32,000 nt of DNA from Erysipelotrichaceae bacterium (GTDB lineage Bacteria > Bacillota_I > Bacilli_A > Erysipelotrichales > Coprobacillaceae), in contig JAQVDW010000005.1 in assembly GCA_028698185.1 (NCBI GenBank), positions 1-32,000 of the forward strand, in the 5' to 3' direction. Each line of letters begins with the position of its first letter. Position 1 is the first letter of the stretch. Shown here in pieces: positions 1-8,489 of this stretch. The notes beneath the pieces were generated by a model. It ran no database searches and was not told the DNA's origin. It saw nothing but the letters and a program-made list of their open reading frames with translations. The position numbers and the translations under genes were made by a program.

Positions 1-96
1 GGCATGATGGACACACCTGTTCCCATCCCGAACACAGAAGTTAAGCATCATAACGGCGAAGATAGTGCAATGTGCGACAATAGCAAGCTGCCAGTT
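1..96 (+). rRNA. rrf: 5S rRNA, 3' portion (5' end cut by window edge)
   Basis: Conserved 5S core CCTGTTCCCATCCCGAACACAGAAGTTAAGC; 3' CTGCCAG closes helix I; terminator follows. Confidence 0.85.
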
Positions 97-102
97 TGAC
101 AC

Positions 103-127
103 GAAGGACGGAAGTCCTTCTTTTTTT
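103..127 (+). terminator. rho-independent terminator of the rRNA operon
   Basis: GAAGGAC-GGAA-GTCCTTC hairpin followed by T7. Confidence 0.85.
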
Positions 128-277
128 GCCTTCAAGGCCAAAGAAAAGAACCGGCGCCAGCCGGTTCGAAAAGAGAGTACAACAAGTCAGAAGTAATTAA
201 TAAGGAGTTCCTTATGCATTGATATTATCACTCATTTGTGAATTTAATGTTAAATTTTGGCGATATCGGCAAATAGT

Positions 278-306
278 TTGCATCTTAACCGTCATCCGAT
301 TATAAT
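278..306 (+). promoter_or_regulatory. sigma-A type promoter
   Basis: TTGCAT - 17 nt - TATAAT, about 25 nt upstream of AGGAGG RBS and the ATG at 331. Confidence 0.7.
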
Positions 307-330
307 GGTACTTGAAAAGGAGGATGATTC

Positions 331-930
331 ATGACAAGATTCTATGTGGTGCGTCACGGTGAAACGCTGTTCAATCGCAAAAACAAAGTGCAAGGGGCTT
401 GTGACTCGCCGCTGACCAAAAACGGGATTGCCCAGGCTGAGGCGATAATCAGCCAGATAGACAAGGTCGACTTCGATGGGGTCTATTCCTCAATCAGCGA
501 ACGGGCTTTTGATACTGCGACGATAATAACGTCAGGAAAATATGAAATTAATATCACCAAACAGATAAAGGAAATGAATTTTGGCTATCTTGAAGGTGAA
601 GATAATGGTGTACTCCTTAAGCCGGAACATGATGGTGACTGGATGAAGACGTTTGAGGAAGGCTTCGAATATGCCGGGGGGGAAAGCTTTCAGCAGGTCC
701 ATAAGCGGCTGATCGATTTTATCTCCGAAGTGGCGGAACTCCATCCTGATGGCAATGTCTTGCTTGTATCCCATGGCTTGATTGTGACATCCCTGGGATT
801 GATTGCGGACTATGATTATACCTCGTCATACCTGCGCTCAGGCAACGCTATCAAAAACTGTTCGATTTCTACATTTGTCTATGATGGCAGTCTTAAAATA
901 GAGAAGTTCAATCAGGAGAAAATCGGATAA
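331..930 (+). CDS. histidine phosphatase family protein (phosphoglycerate mutase-like, GpmB-type)
   Basis: N-terminal RHGETLFN catalytic motif, later SHG motif; RBS AAGGAGG upstream. Confidence 0.85.
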   Translation: MTRFYVVRHGETLFNRKNKVQGACDSPLTKNGIAQAEAIISQIDKVDFDGVYSSISERAFDTATIITSGKYEINITKQIKEMNFGYLEGEDNGVLLKPEHDGDWMKTFEEGFEYAGGESFQQVHKRLIDFISEVAELHPDGNVLLVSHGLIVTSLGLIADYDYTSSYLRSGNAIKNCSISTFVYDGSLKIEKFNQEKIG

Positions 931-931
931 G

Positions 932-957
932 AAAAAAGTGTCTCGCGACACTTTTTT
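932..957. terminator. bidirectional terminator between convergent genes
   Basis: A6-GTGTC-TCGC-GACAC-T6. Confidence 0.8.
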
Positions 958-961
958 AATT

Positions 962-2674
962 TTATTGGATTGCTACTTTTTCTTCAACTAAAGCGACAAC
1001 TTCTTCCATTGTTCCTTTAGTCAGGGCTTCAGCAGCCAGTAATTCCATTTCCGCTTTTGATAATGAACGGATTAGTTTTCTTTGTGACAAGATAGATGTA
1101 GCTGACATTGAGAATTCATCCAATCCCAATCCCAACAACAATGGAGCGGCCAATGGTTCACCGGCCATTTCGCCACACATACCAGCCCATTTACCGTTGG
1201 CATGAGCAGCTTCGATAACTCCCTTTACCAGTTTCAAGATAGCAGGGTTGAATGGTTGGTACAGGTAGTTGATCGAGTTTGACATACGGTCAGCAGCGAA
1301 TGTGTATTGAACCAAGTCGTTGGTTCCAACTGAGAAGAAGTCAACTTCTTTGGCGAATTGGTCAGCGTTTACTGCAGCGGCAGGGATCTCAATCATGATA
1401 CCAACTTGGTAGCTGTCAGAGATTTCGAATCCAGCTGCTTTCAAGCTTGCTTCTTCTTCTTTCAACATTGCTTTGGCTTTGCGGAATTCTTCCAAAGTTG
1501 CAATCATTGGGAACATGATGCGCAAGTCACCATATGTTGAAGCACGGAGCAAGGCTCTCAATTGAGTTCTGAAGATTTCAGGTTTTTCGAAACAAAGACG
1601 GATCGCACGGACACCTAAGAATGGGTTCATTTCATGAGGCATATCGATTGCGGCGATTTCTTTGTCCCCACCGATATCCAAAGTCCGGACAACGACAGGT
1701 TTCCCTTCCATTGTTTCAAGAACTTCTTTGTAAACTTCGAACTGTTGGTCTTCAGTTGGCAATGAAGCCGATTCCATGTAAAGGAATTCCGTACGGAATA
1801 ACCCGACACCTTCGCCACCGTTAGCTTTAACAGCTTCCAAGTCGCTGATTGATCCGATGTTGGCAACCAGTTCAACGTGGTGACCGTCAGTAGATTCGGT
1901 TTTTTCGTTAACCAATTTTTTCAGTTCGTTGCGTTGAGTGATGTAAGCATCACGTTTAGCTGCATATTCATCGATGATCACTTCATTAGGGTTAACCAGG
2001 ACGATTCCTTCTTTACCATCAAGAACGATCATGTCGCCATCGTTAACATCTTCAGTGATTGTCTTACATGCAACAACCGCTGGGATTTCCAATGAACGGG
2101 CCATGATAGCCGAGTGAGAAGTTCTTCCCCCGATGTTTGTCGCGAAACCGCGGACCAGGTTCTTGTTCAACTGAGCTGTATCAGAAGGAGTAAGGTCATC
2201 AGCGATGACAACTACTTCTTCAGAAATCAATGCAGGGTTAGGTAAAGATTTTCCTAAGATATTTGCAAGCAAACGGCGAGAAACGTCTTTGATGTCGGCA
2301 GCTCTTTCTTTGAAATAAGCATCATCCATAGATTCGAACATCATCACGAACATTTTTGCAACTTCATCAGTCGCGTATCCAACGTTTACTTTTTCATTTT
2401 TGATTTTGTCTTCGATTTGAGATTTCAATTCAGGGTCAGCCAAAACCAGCGCATGAGCATCAAATACCGCAGCTTCTTCAGCTGATAAGTTTTTCGATGC
2501 AGCTTCCTTAATTGCCGCTAATTGTGTAGCTGTCACTTCCATCGCTTCTTGAAGTTTTGCAAGTTCGCCAGCCACATCGGCAATACCAGTTTTTTCAACA
2601 CTTAAGTCTGGCATAACCAATTTGTAAGCTTTAGCGATTGCAATTCCGTTTGAAGCTCCAATTCCTTTAATCAT
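962..2674 (-). CDS. ptsI: phosphoenolpyruvate-protein phosphotransferase (PTS enzyme I)
   Basis: 570 aa; [13 protein letters not shown] active-site His region, full-length EI architecture; RBS GGAGGT. Confidence 0.95.
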   Translation of the reverse strand: MIKGIGASNGIAIAKAYKLVMPDLSVEKTGIADVAGELAKLQEAMEVTATQLAAIKEAASKNLSAEEAAVFDAHALVLADPELKSQIEDKIKNEKVNVGYATDEVAKMFVMMFESMDDAYFKERAADIKDVSRRLLANILGKSLPNPALISEEVVVIADDLTPSDTAQLNKNLVRGFATNIGGRTSHSAIMARSLEIPAVVACKTITEDVNDGDMIVLDGKEGIVLVNPNEVIIDEYAAKRDAYITQRNELKKLVNEKTESTDGHHVELVANIGSISDLEAVKANGGEGVGLFRTEFLYMESASLPTEDQQFEVYKEVLETMEGKPVVVRTLDIGGDKEIAAIDMPHEMNPFLGVRAIRLCFEKPEIFRTQLRALLRASTYGDLRIMFPMIATLEEFRKAKAMLKEEEASLKAAGFEISDSYQVGIMIEIPAAAVNADQFAKEVDFFSVGTNDLVQYTFAADRMSNSINYLYQPFNPAILKLVKGVIEAAHANGKWAGMCGEMAGEPLAAPLLLGLGLDEFSMSATSILSQRKLIRSLSKAEMELLAAEALTKGTMEEVVALVEEKVAIQ

Positions 2675-2798
2675 TTTATTACCTCCATATAATATGGTTC
2701 TATTCTATCTTATTTGAGGCAAAAAATCTATAATTTTTCTAAGATAATTGCAATGTAAACGGATAGATTTTCATTTAATGAAAATATGATTTTATATA

Positions 2799-2827
2799 TT
2801 GAAAATACTATTTTTTTGATGTATTAT
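2799..2827 (+). promoter_or_regulatory. sigma-A type promoter for nagB
   Basis: TTGAAA - 17 nt - TATTAT. Confidence 0.6.
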
Positions 2828-2848
2828 AAAGCTGTGGAGGTAGCGAAC

Positions 2849-3577
2849 ATGAAAATTATAAAAGTAGACAATTACAACGAAGCAAGTGCCAAGGCCTTTG
2901 AGGTGTTCAAAAACCAGATAATCACCCAGCCGGAGTCGATTTTGGGGTTGGCAACCGGATCGACACCAAGAAAGCTTTATGAGATGATGATCGAAGACCA
3001 TCAGACAAACGGGACCAGCTACAAGCAGGTCAAGACATTCAATCTCGATGAGTACGTCGGACTGGACGGAGCCGATGAACAGTCATATGAGTACTTCATG
3101 AATCATAATCTTTTCGACCATATCGATATCGACAAACAAAATACCCATGTTCCTTCAGGGATTGGGGATATCGCCAAAAACATCGCTGATTACAACCAAA
3201 TGCTCAAGGACAATCCCATTGATTTGCAGCTGCTGGGAATCGGTTCGAATGGCCATATCGGTTTTAACGAACCGGGGACAGCCAAAGACAGCGTGACCAG
3301 CCTGGTTGATTTGAAGCAGTCGACAATCGATGACAATGCGCGTCTGTTCTTCGGTGGCGACGTTACCAAGGTTCCAACTCAGGCAATCTCAATGGGTATC
3401 GCCAATATCCTGGCGGCCAAGAAGATCGTTCTGATCGCCTGTGGTCAAAACAAGGCCGATGCGATCAAGACCCTGATCGAGGGGAAAGAGTCGTCTGAGT
3501 GCCCGGCAAGTTTCCTGCAATCGCATCCAGATGTGACTGTGATCATCGACAAGGAAGCGGCAAGCGCCTTGAAATAA
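2849..3577 (+). CDS. nagB: glucosamine-6-phosphate deaminase
   Basis: LGLATGSTP and LLGIGSNGHIGFNEPG motifs; start moved to ATG 2849 because GGAGG sits at 2836-2840 (track ORF starts at 2786). Confidence 0.92.
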   Translation: MKIIKVDNYNEASAKAFEVFKNQIITQPESILGLATGSTPRKLYEMMIEDHQTNGTSYKQVKTFNLDEYVGLDGADEQSYEYFMNHNLFDHIDIDKQNTHVPSGIGDIAKNIADYNQMLKDNPIDLQLLGIGSNGHIGFNEPGTAKDSVTSLVDLKQSTIDDNARLFFGGDVTKVPTQAISMGIANILAAKKIVLIACGQNKADAIKTLIEGKESSECPASFLQSHPDVTVIIDKEAASALK

Positions 3578-3581
3578 ACGC

Positions 3582-3610
3582 AAGTTATCCTTTAAGGGAT
3601 AACTTTTTTG
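3582..3610 (+). terminator. rho-independent terminator after nagB
   Basis: AAGTTATCC / GGATAACTT hairpin followed by T6. Confidence 0.8.
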
Positions 3611-3651
3611 TTGTATAATTTTGGTAAATAAACAAAGAAGGTGGTGATTGG

Positions 3652-4884
3652 GTGGAAGATTTTTCAACTGTGGCAATCGGGGTCGAAAATCCCAAATATG
3701 AACAGGCCTGCAAACGGCAAGAACCGATTTACGCCCGTGACAACGACTGGCGCAGCGAGTTCTACCGCGACCATACGCGGATTCTGTTTTCCCAGGCCTA
3801 CCGGCGCCTCAAACATAAGACCCAGGTGTTTTTCGCAATCAAGAACGACCATGTGTGCACCCGCTTGGAGCATGTGAATCTGGTTAGTTCAATCGCCTAC
3901 ACTATTTCCAAACAGCTGCACCTTAACGTTGAACTCACCCAGGCGATTGCCCTTGGCCACGATCTCGGCCACGCCCCCTACGGTCACCGGGGAGAGAAGA
4001 TTCTCGAAAAGCTGGCCAGGGAAAATGGACTTTCCGGCTTTTTTCATGAGAAGAACTCCCTGCATTTTGTCGACGAGATCGAAACAATGGAAGACAATAA
4101 CTACTTCAGGCACAATCTGAATCTCACCTATGCCACCAGGGATGGGATAATCTGCCACTGCGGCGAGCTCAACCAGATATCGATCAAACCCCGTGATGAG
4201 ATCATCGACCTGGCCGACTACAATTATCCAGGTGAATATCAGCCCTATACCTACGAGGGCTGCGTGGTCAAGATGGCCGACAAGATCTCGTATCTCGCCC
4301 GGGACATCGAGGATGCGATCCGATTGAATATCCTCGACAAAAAGACGCTTGAGGATTTTTCGAACCTGATCAACGATTCCAACCCGGACTGGAAATTCGC
4401 CGCCATCAACAATGGTACGATAGTGAACTACTTTATCAATGACGTGATAACCAACTCGACCATCGCTAAGGGCATTTCGCTCTCGACTTCGGGCCACCAG
4501 CTGATGATCAAACTGATGGAGTTCAATTACAGCAACATCTACCTGAACAAAAGGCTGGATATCTACAACCGCCATGTCGAAAACATCATCAGCTCGATAT
4601 TCGAGTTGCTAGAGGGTATTTATGACCAAAGCCGCCTGCTTGGGGAACCTTTTGACGAGGCGCTTGAAAAACAGGAACAGCGTTATCCGACCCTGATCTC
4701 CAGCTTCCTGAAATATGTCCTGAAGTATTCCAATTATCGGATTCAAAGCTACTACAACAATCGGATTATCTATGATTTCAATGACGAAAGTCAGGCGATC
4801 CACCGCTGTTTGATTGACTATTTGTCGGGAATGAGTGATAATTACCTGCAGATGATCTTCGAGGAGATCCTGACATTCAATTAA
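3652..4884 (+). CDS. dGTPase-like HD-domain triphosphohydrolase
   Basis: RDHTRILFSQAYRRLKHKTQVF and LGHDLGHAPYGH motifs typical of the Dgt/dNTP triphosphohydrolase family; GTG start with GAAGGTGG RBS. Confidence 0.85.
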   Translation: MEDFSTVAIGVENPKYEQACKRQEPIYARDNDWRSEFYRDHTRILFSQAYRRLKHKTQVFFAIKNDHVCTRLEHVNLVSSIAYTISKQLHLNVELTQAIALGHDLGHAPYGHRGEKILEKLARENGLSGFFHEKNSLHFVDEIETMEDNNYFRHNLNLTYATRDGIICHCGELNQISIKPRDEIIDLADYNYPGEYQPYTYEGCVVKMADKISYLARDIEDAIRLNILDKKTLEDFSNLINDSNPDWKFAAINNGTIVNYFINDVITNSTIAKGISLSTSGHQLMIKLMEFNYSNIYLNKRLDIYNRHVENIISSIFELLEGIYDQSRLLGEPFDEALEKQEQRYPTLISSFLKYVLKYSNYRIQSYYNNRIIYDFNDESQAIHRCLIDYLSGMSDNYLQMIFEEILTFN

Positions 4885-4895
4885 GGAGAGATACT

Positions 4896-5837
4896 ATGCC
4901 AATAATAATCCCCGACAATCTGCCTGCCAGCAGTGTCTTGAAAAAAGAAAACGTATTTGTGATGAACGACGCCCGGGCCCTTTTGCAGGATATCCGGCCA
5001 CTGAAGATTCTGATCTTGAATATCATGCCCCAGAAGATAATCACGGAAACGCAGCTACTGCGGCTGATTTCCAATTCGCCTTTGCAAATCGAGATCGAAC
5101 TGATTGCACCGGCGAGTCACGAATCCAAGAATACTCCAAAGGAGCACCTGCTTGATTTCTACAAGACCTTCGATGAAATCAAGGAAAACTATTACGACGG
5201 CCTGATCGTCACCGGGGCTCCAGTCGAGCTGATGAATTTCGAAGATGTGGACTACTGGGATGAGATCAAGGTAATCCTGGAATGGTCGAAGACCCATGTG
5301 TTTTCATCGATGTTCATCTGCTGGGGTGCCCAGGCGGGACTTTACTATTTCCATGGGATCGAGAAAGTCAAGCTGCCAAAGAAAATTACAGGTATCTATG
5401 AGCACACAATCAACAAGGAAAAAAGTTATCGCCGGCTGGTAAGAGGCTTCGACTCGGATTTCTTCGCACCCCACTCAAGATATACGGCTTCCTCAATCGA
5501 CCAGATCCGCTCATGCGACGAAGTCGACATCCTGGCGGAATCTAAAGAAGCCGGGGCCTACCTGATCGCTGAAAAAGATGGGTCAAGGGTGTACGTCACC
5601 GGCCATCCCGAGTATGACAAGTATATGCTCGACAATGAGTATCGCCGCGACCTGGTGAAGATGGAGGATAAGGCACCGCTGCCAAAACACTACTACCGCA
5701 ATGACGACTACAACGAGGACGTCATGGAACGCTGGAAGTCGCATGCCTACCTGCTTTTTTCGAACTGGCTCAATATGGTGTACCAGGATACTCCCTTCAA
5801 GATTGAAGATCTTGAAAATTTGCGCAAATCAAAATAG
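4896..5837 (+). CDS. metA: homoserine O-acyltransferase (MetA family)
   Basis: 313 aa; MPIIIPDNLPA N-terminus, ILNIMP and VTGAP motifs; RBS AAGGAGAG; starts 11 nt after the previous stop. Confidence 0.92.
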   Translation: MPIIIPDNLPASSVLKKENVFVMNDARALLQDIRPLKILILNIMPQKIITETQLLRLISNSPLQIEIELIAPASHESKNTPKEHLLDFYKTFDEIKENYYDGLIVTGAPVELMNFEDVDYWDEIKVILEWSKTHVFSSMFICWGAQAGLYYFHGIEKVKLPKKITGIYEHTINKEKSYRRLVRGFDSDFFAPHSRYTASSIDQIRSCDEVDILAESKEAGAYLIAEKDGSRVYVTGHPEYDKYMLDNEYRRDLVKMEDKAPLPKHYYRNDDYNEDVMERWKSHAYLLFSNWLNMVYQDTPFKIEDLENLRKSK

Positions 5838-5857
5838 GGCTTCTGCCCTGTTTTTTT
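5836..5857 (+). terminator. rho-independent terminator after metA
   Basis: AGGGC-TTCT-GCCCT followed by G and T7. Confidence 0.8.
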
Positions 5858-5882
5858 GTATCATCATATGATATGATGATAC
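5858..5882. promoter_or_regulatory. perfect 11-3-11 palindrome (candidate operator)
   Basis: GTATCATCATA-TGA-TATGATGATAC, 26 nt upstream of the Nit-family start. Confidence 0.4.
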
Positions 5883-5907
5883 AAAGTTTTCAACGATGGA
5901 GGTCGTG

Positions 5908-6735
5908 ATGAAGATAATCCAGTACCAGAGTGCTGTCCATTCAGTCAAAAAAGAAAATCTGATCCAACTTGAAAAATTCCTCGACCGGGTTGCCGGTGAA
6001 CAGGCTGACCTGATCATGGTGGGGGAAATGTTCGCCTGCCCATACGACATAAACAATTTCCTGGCCTACAGCGAACCCCAGGGCGGTGAGACTTTTAAAT
6101 TTCTTTCCGGCCTGGCCAGAAAGCACCGTGTTTATCTTGCGGCCGGAACAGTTCCGGAAATCGACGCTGAAGGCAAAGTTTACAACACTGCCTATGTGTT
6201 CGACCGCAATGGCGAACTTGCGGGCAAACATCGCAAGGTCCATCTGTTCGACATCGACATCCCGGGCGGGCAATATTTCAAGGAGTCAACAATCCTGAGC
6301 CCGGGTGAACAGGTTACGGTATTCGACAGCGAATTTGGCAAAATCGGGCTTTGCATCTGCTTCGACATCCGTTTCAATGAAATGTTCCGGATCATGACTA
6401 ATCTTGGTGCCAGGATCATTCTTATTCCGGCGGCATTCAATACGACTACCGGACCGATCCATTGGCAATTGTTGCTTCAAGCCCGGGCTTTGGACAACCA
6501 GTGCTTTGTGGCGGCCACATCACCGGCTAGAAACAAAAACGCAAGTTATCAGGCCTGGGGCCACAGTCTGGTTGTCAACCCATGGGGCAAAATCATCGGG
6601 GAACTTGATGAGTTGCCGGGTCATCTGACAAGCCGGGTCGATTTCCAGGAGGTGGAATCGGTGCGCGAACAGCTGCCGGTAGTAAGCAATTTGCGAAGTG
6701 ATCTCTATGAGGTTGTCTACAAGCCTCCTGTCTGA
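5908..6735 (+). CDS. carbon-nitrogen hydrolase family protein (Nit/omega-amidase-like)
   Basis: Glu (GEMF), Lys (HRKVHLF) and Cys (CICFDIRF) catalytic triad context; ATG 5908 preferred because GGAGG lies at 5898-5902 (track start 5896). Confidence 0.85.
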   Translation: MKIIQYQSAVHSVKKENLIQLEKFLDRVAGEQADLIMVGEMFACPYDINNFLAYSEPQGGETFKFLSGLARKHRVYLAAGTVPEIDAEGKVYNTAYVFDRNGELAGKHRKVHLFDIDIPGGQYFKESTILSPGEQVTVFDSEFGKIGLCICFDIRFNEMFRIMTNLGARIILIPAAFNTTTGPIHWQLLLQARALDNQCFVAATSPARNKNASYQAWGHSLVVNPWGKIIGELDELPGHLTSRVDFQEVESVREQLPVVSNLRSDLYEVVYKPPV

Positions 6736-6741
6736 TTGGGC

Positions 6742-6770
6742 TTGACTTTGGAAAATTTCCCGACTATACT
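6742..6770 (+). promoter_or_regulatory. sigma-A type promoter upstream of the folC leader
   Basis: TTGACT - 17 nt - TATACT. Confidence 0.6.
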
Positions 6771-6834
6771 TTTTGCGAATATATAAGGTCGCTTCTGGCA
6801 TTTGAAAACCGGTGCGGGAAGTTGTTTTTGAACC

Positions 6835-6872
6835 GGGGATGGGCGCAACATGCCCATTCCCTTTGTCATTTT
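6835..6872 (+). terminator. terminator-like hairpin inside the folC 5' leader
   Basis: 10 bp stem GGGGATGGGC / GCCCATTCCC with a 7 nt loop, followed by the T-rich run TTTGTCATTTT. Confidence 0.5.
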
Positions 6873-6980
6873 CGTGCATTCGTGAGGCTCGTTAACCAGT
6901 GAGCTTTGGCTCCCGTTCGAATTGGTAGGGTCAAATACATTTTAAAATCATTACGGTAAATCAATAGGAGGGGTATAACA

Positions 6981-8255
6981 ATGGATTATCAACAAGCTTT
7001 AAATAAATTAAACGCCACCGCCACAAATACGTTCAATCTTGGTCTTGAGCGGCTGGTAGCGCTGCTTGAAAAAATGGGCAACCCTCAGGATGAACTGAAA
7101 TTCATCCATGTTGCGGGAACCAACGGCAAGGGTTCGATTGTCAAGATGCTTGGAAACATTCTGAGTGCCAGCGGTTATCGGACCGGTCTTTACATCAGCC
7201 CTTTTGTCCTGGATTTCAAGGAGCAGTTACAGGTCGATGGCCGGATGATCTTTCCTGAGGAGTTCGCCCAGTGTGCCAGCTTCGTCTTCGACCTGATCGA
7301 TTTCAATGATCCCGAACGCCCGACCCAGTACGAGATCCAGACAGCCATCGCCTTCGAGTGGTACCGCCGTTGTGGCTGTGACCTGGTCTGTCTTGAAGTC
7401 GGACTGGGCGGACAGGATGACGCGACCAATGTCATAAAGACGGCCATCCTGCATATAATTTCGTCAATCAGCCTTGACCATCAGGATATCCTGGGCGAGA
7501 CGATATATGAGATCGCCACAAAAAAGGCCGGAATCATAAAAACCGGACCGACCATCCTCTATCCGCTCCAGGATAGAGTGGCGATGGACGTGATCGCCAA
7601 AAAATGTGAGAGCCAGAAAAGCGAATTGGTGATACCTGACTTAAACAAGCTGGATACCGGCAATGGTGAAGGTTGGGGAAATGATTTTGTCTATGAGGGG
7701 CAATCATACCATAAATCGCTCAACGGCCAGATCCAGATCTACAATTGCCTGACTGTGATCGAGGCCATCAAGAAACTCACTGAGCTGGGATACCCGGTTG
7801 CAATCGATTCGGTCAGACAAGGGATTGCAAATACCTGGTTCCCGGCCCGGATGGAAATGATCAGCTTTGACCCCACGGTCATCCTCGACGGTTCCCACAA
7901 CCCGGCTGGAGCCCGGGCCTTGGCAGATTTCCTGGGGCAATTTTCCCACCGGAAGATTACGATTGTGATGGGAGTCTTGAAGGACAAGGATTACGAGACA
8001 CTACTGGAATATCTGGCACCGCTGGCTGACCGTTTCCTGGCGGTGGCTCCCGACAATCATCGGGCCTTGCCGGCAGTAGAACTTGCCCTGGTTGCCAGGG
8101 ATTATTGCAACAAGGTGTTCTCTTATGATGACAACTTTGAAGCGATTGGCCAGGCTTTAAACAACCAGAAGGAAGATGAGGTGCTGGTTGTCTGCGGTTC
8201 GCTTTATCTCGCTGGACAGGTCCGGCCCTGGCTGTTGGGAAATAAGACTAAATGA
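6981..8255 (+). CDS. folC: folylpolyglutamate synthase / dihydrofolate synthase
   Basis: 424 aa; HVAGTNGKGS P-loop and Mur-ligase family layout; RBS AGGAGGGG. Confidence 0.92.
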   Translation: MDYQQALNKLNATATNTFNLGLERLVALLEKMGNPQDELKFIHVAGTNGKGSIVKMLGNILSASGYRTGLYISPFVLDFKEQLQVDGRMIFPEEFAQCASFVFDLIDFNDPERPTQYEIQTAIAFEWYRRCGCDLVCLEVGLGGQDDATNVIKTAILHIISSISLDHQDILGETIYEIATKKAGIIKTGPTILYPLQDRVAMDVIAKKCESQKSELVIPDLNKLDTGNGEGWGNDFVYEGQSYHKSLNGQIQIYNCLTVIEAIKKLTELGYPVAIDSVRQGIANTWFPARMEMISFDPTVILDGSHNPAGARALADFLGQFSHRKITIVMGVLKDKDYETLLEYLAPLADRFLAVAPDNHRALPAVELALVARDYCNKVFSYDDNFEAIGQALNNQKEDEVLVVCGSLYLAGQVRPWLLGNKTK

Positions 8256-8262
8256 TCATGAC

Positions 8263-8320
8263 AGGATTTTCCGGTTCAAATTGGTTATTGCCACTTTTGA
8301 TAACGGGAAATCCTTTTTTG
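8263..8320 (+). terminator. terminator after folC (long hairpin)
   Basis: AGGATTTTCCG ... CGGGAAATCC followed by T6. Confidence 0.6.
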
Positions 8321-8389
8321 TCTCCAGTTACAAGACAGACGGTTTTGGTGGTGTGCTGGCCAGGACGCACGATGTGTCTACTGTCGAAA

Positions 8390-8418
8390 TTGAAAAAAAG
8401 CATAGTGCTTGGTATAAT
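8390..8418 (+). promoter_or_regulatory. sigma-A type promoter with extended -10
   Basis: TTGAAA - 17 nt - TATAAT preceded by TGG. Confidence 0.7.
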
Positions 8419-8489
8419 ACAGGTAAGAAGAGAGTGGATAAATCATGAAATTGTCACATTTGGAAATTGGAATTGGAGAGGAGATCAAA

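Noticed and set aside
2753-2766. cre-like site TGTAAACGGATAGA between ptsI and nagB
   Set aside because: It has two mismatches at conserved positions of TGWAANCGNTNWCA (T10 and C13), which is too weak to call.
3889-4575. Long antisense ORFs inside well-supported genes: 3889-4575 (228 aa) in the dGTPase-like gene, 10172-10828 (218 aa) in the ATPase, 19440-19997 (185 aa) in hisD, 26324-26941 (205 aa) and 26978-27460 in GH1, and 18038-18544 in hisZ
   Set aside because: The opposite strand encodes full-length proteins with clear family motifs. The antisense products are low-complexity or atypical in composition and lack RBSs.
6520-6879. 119 aa minus-strand ORF spanning the 3' end of the Nit gene and the folC leader
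   Set aside because: It overlaps a confident plus-strand CDS and a promoter/hairpin region. No motif and no RBS.
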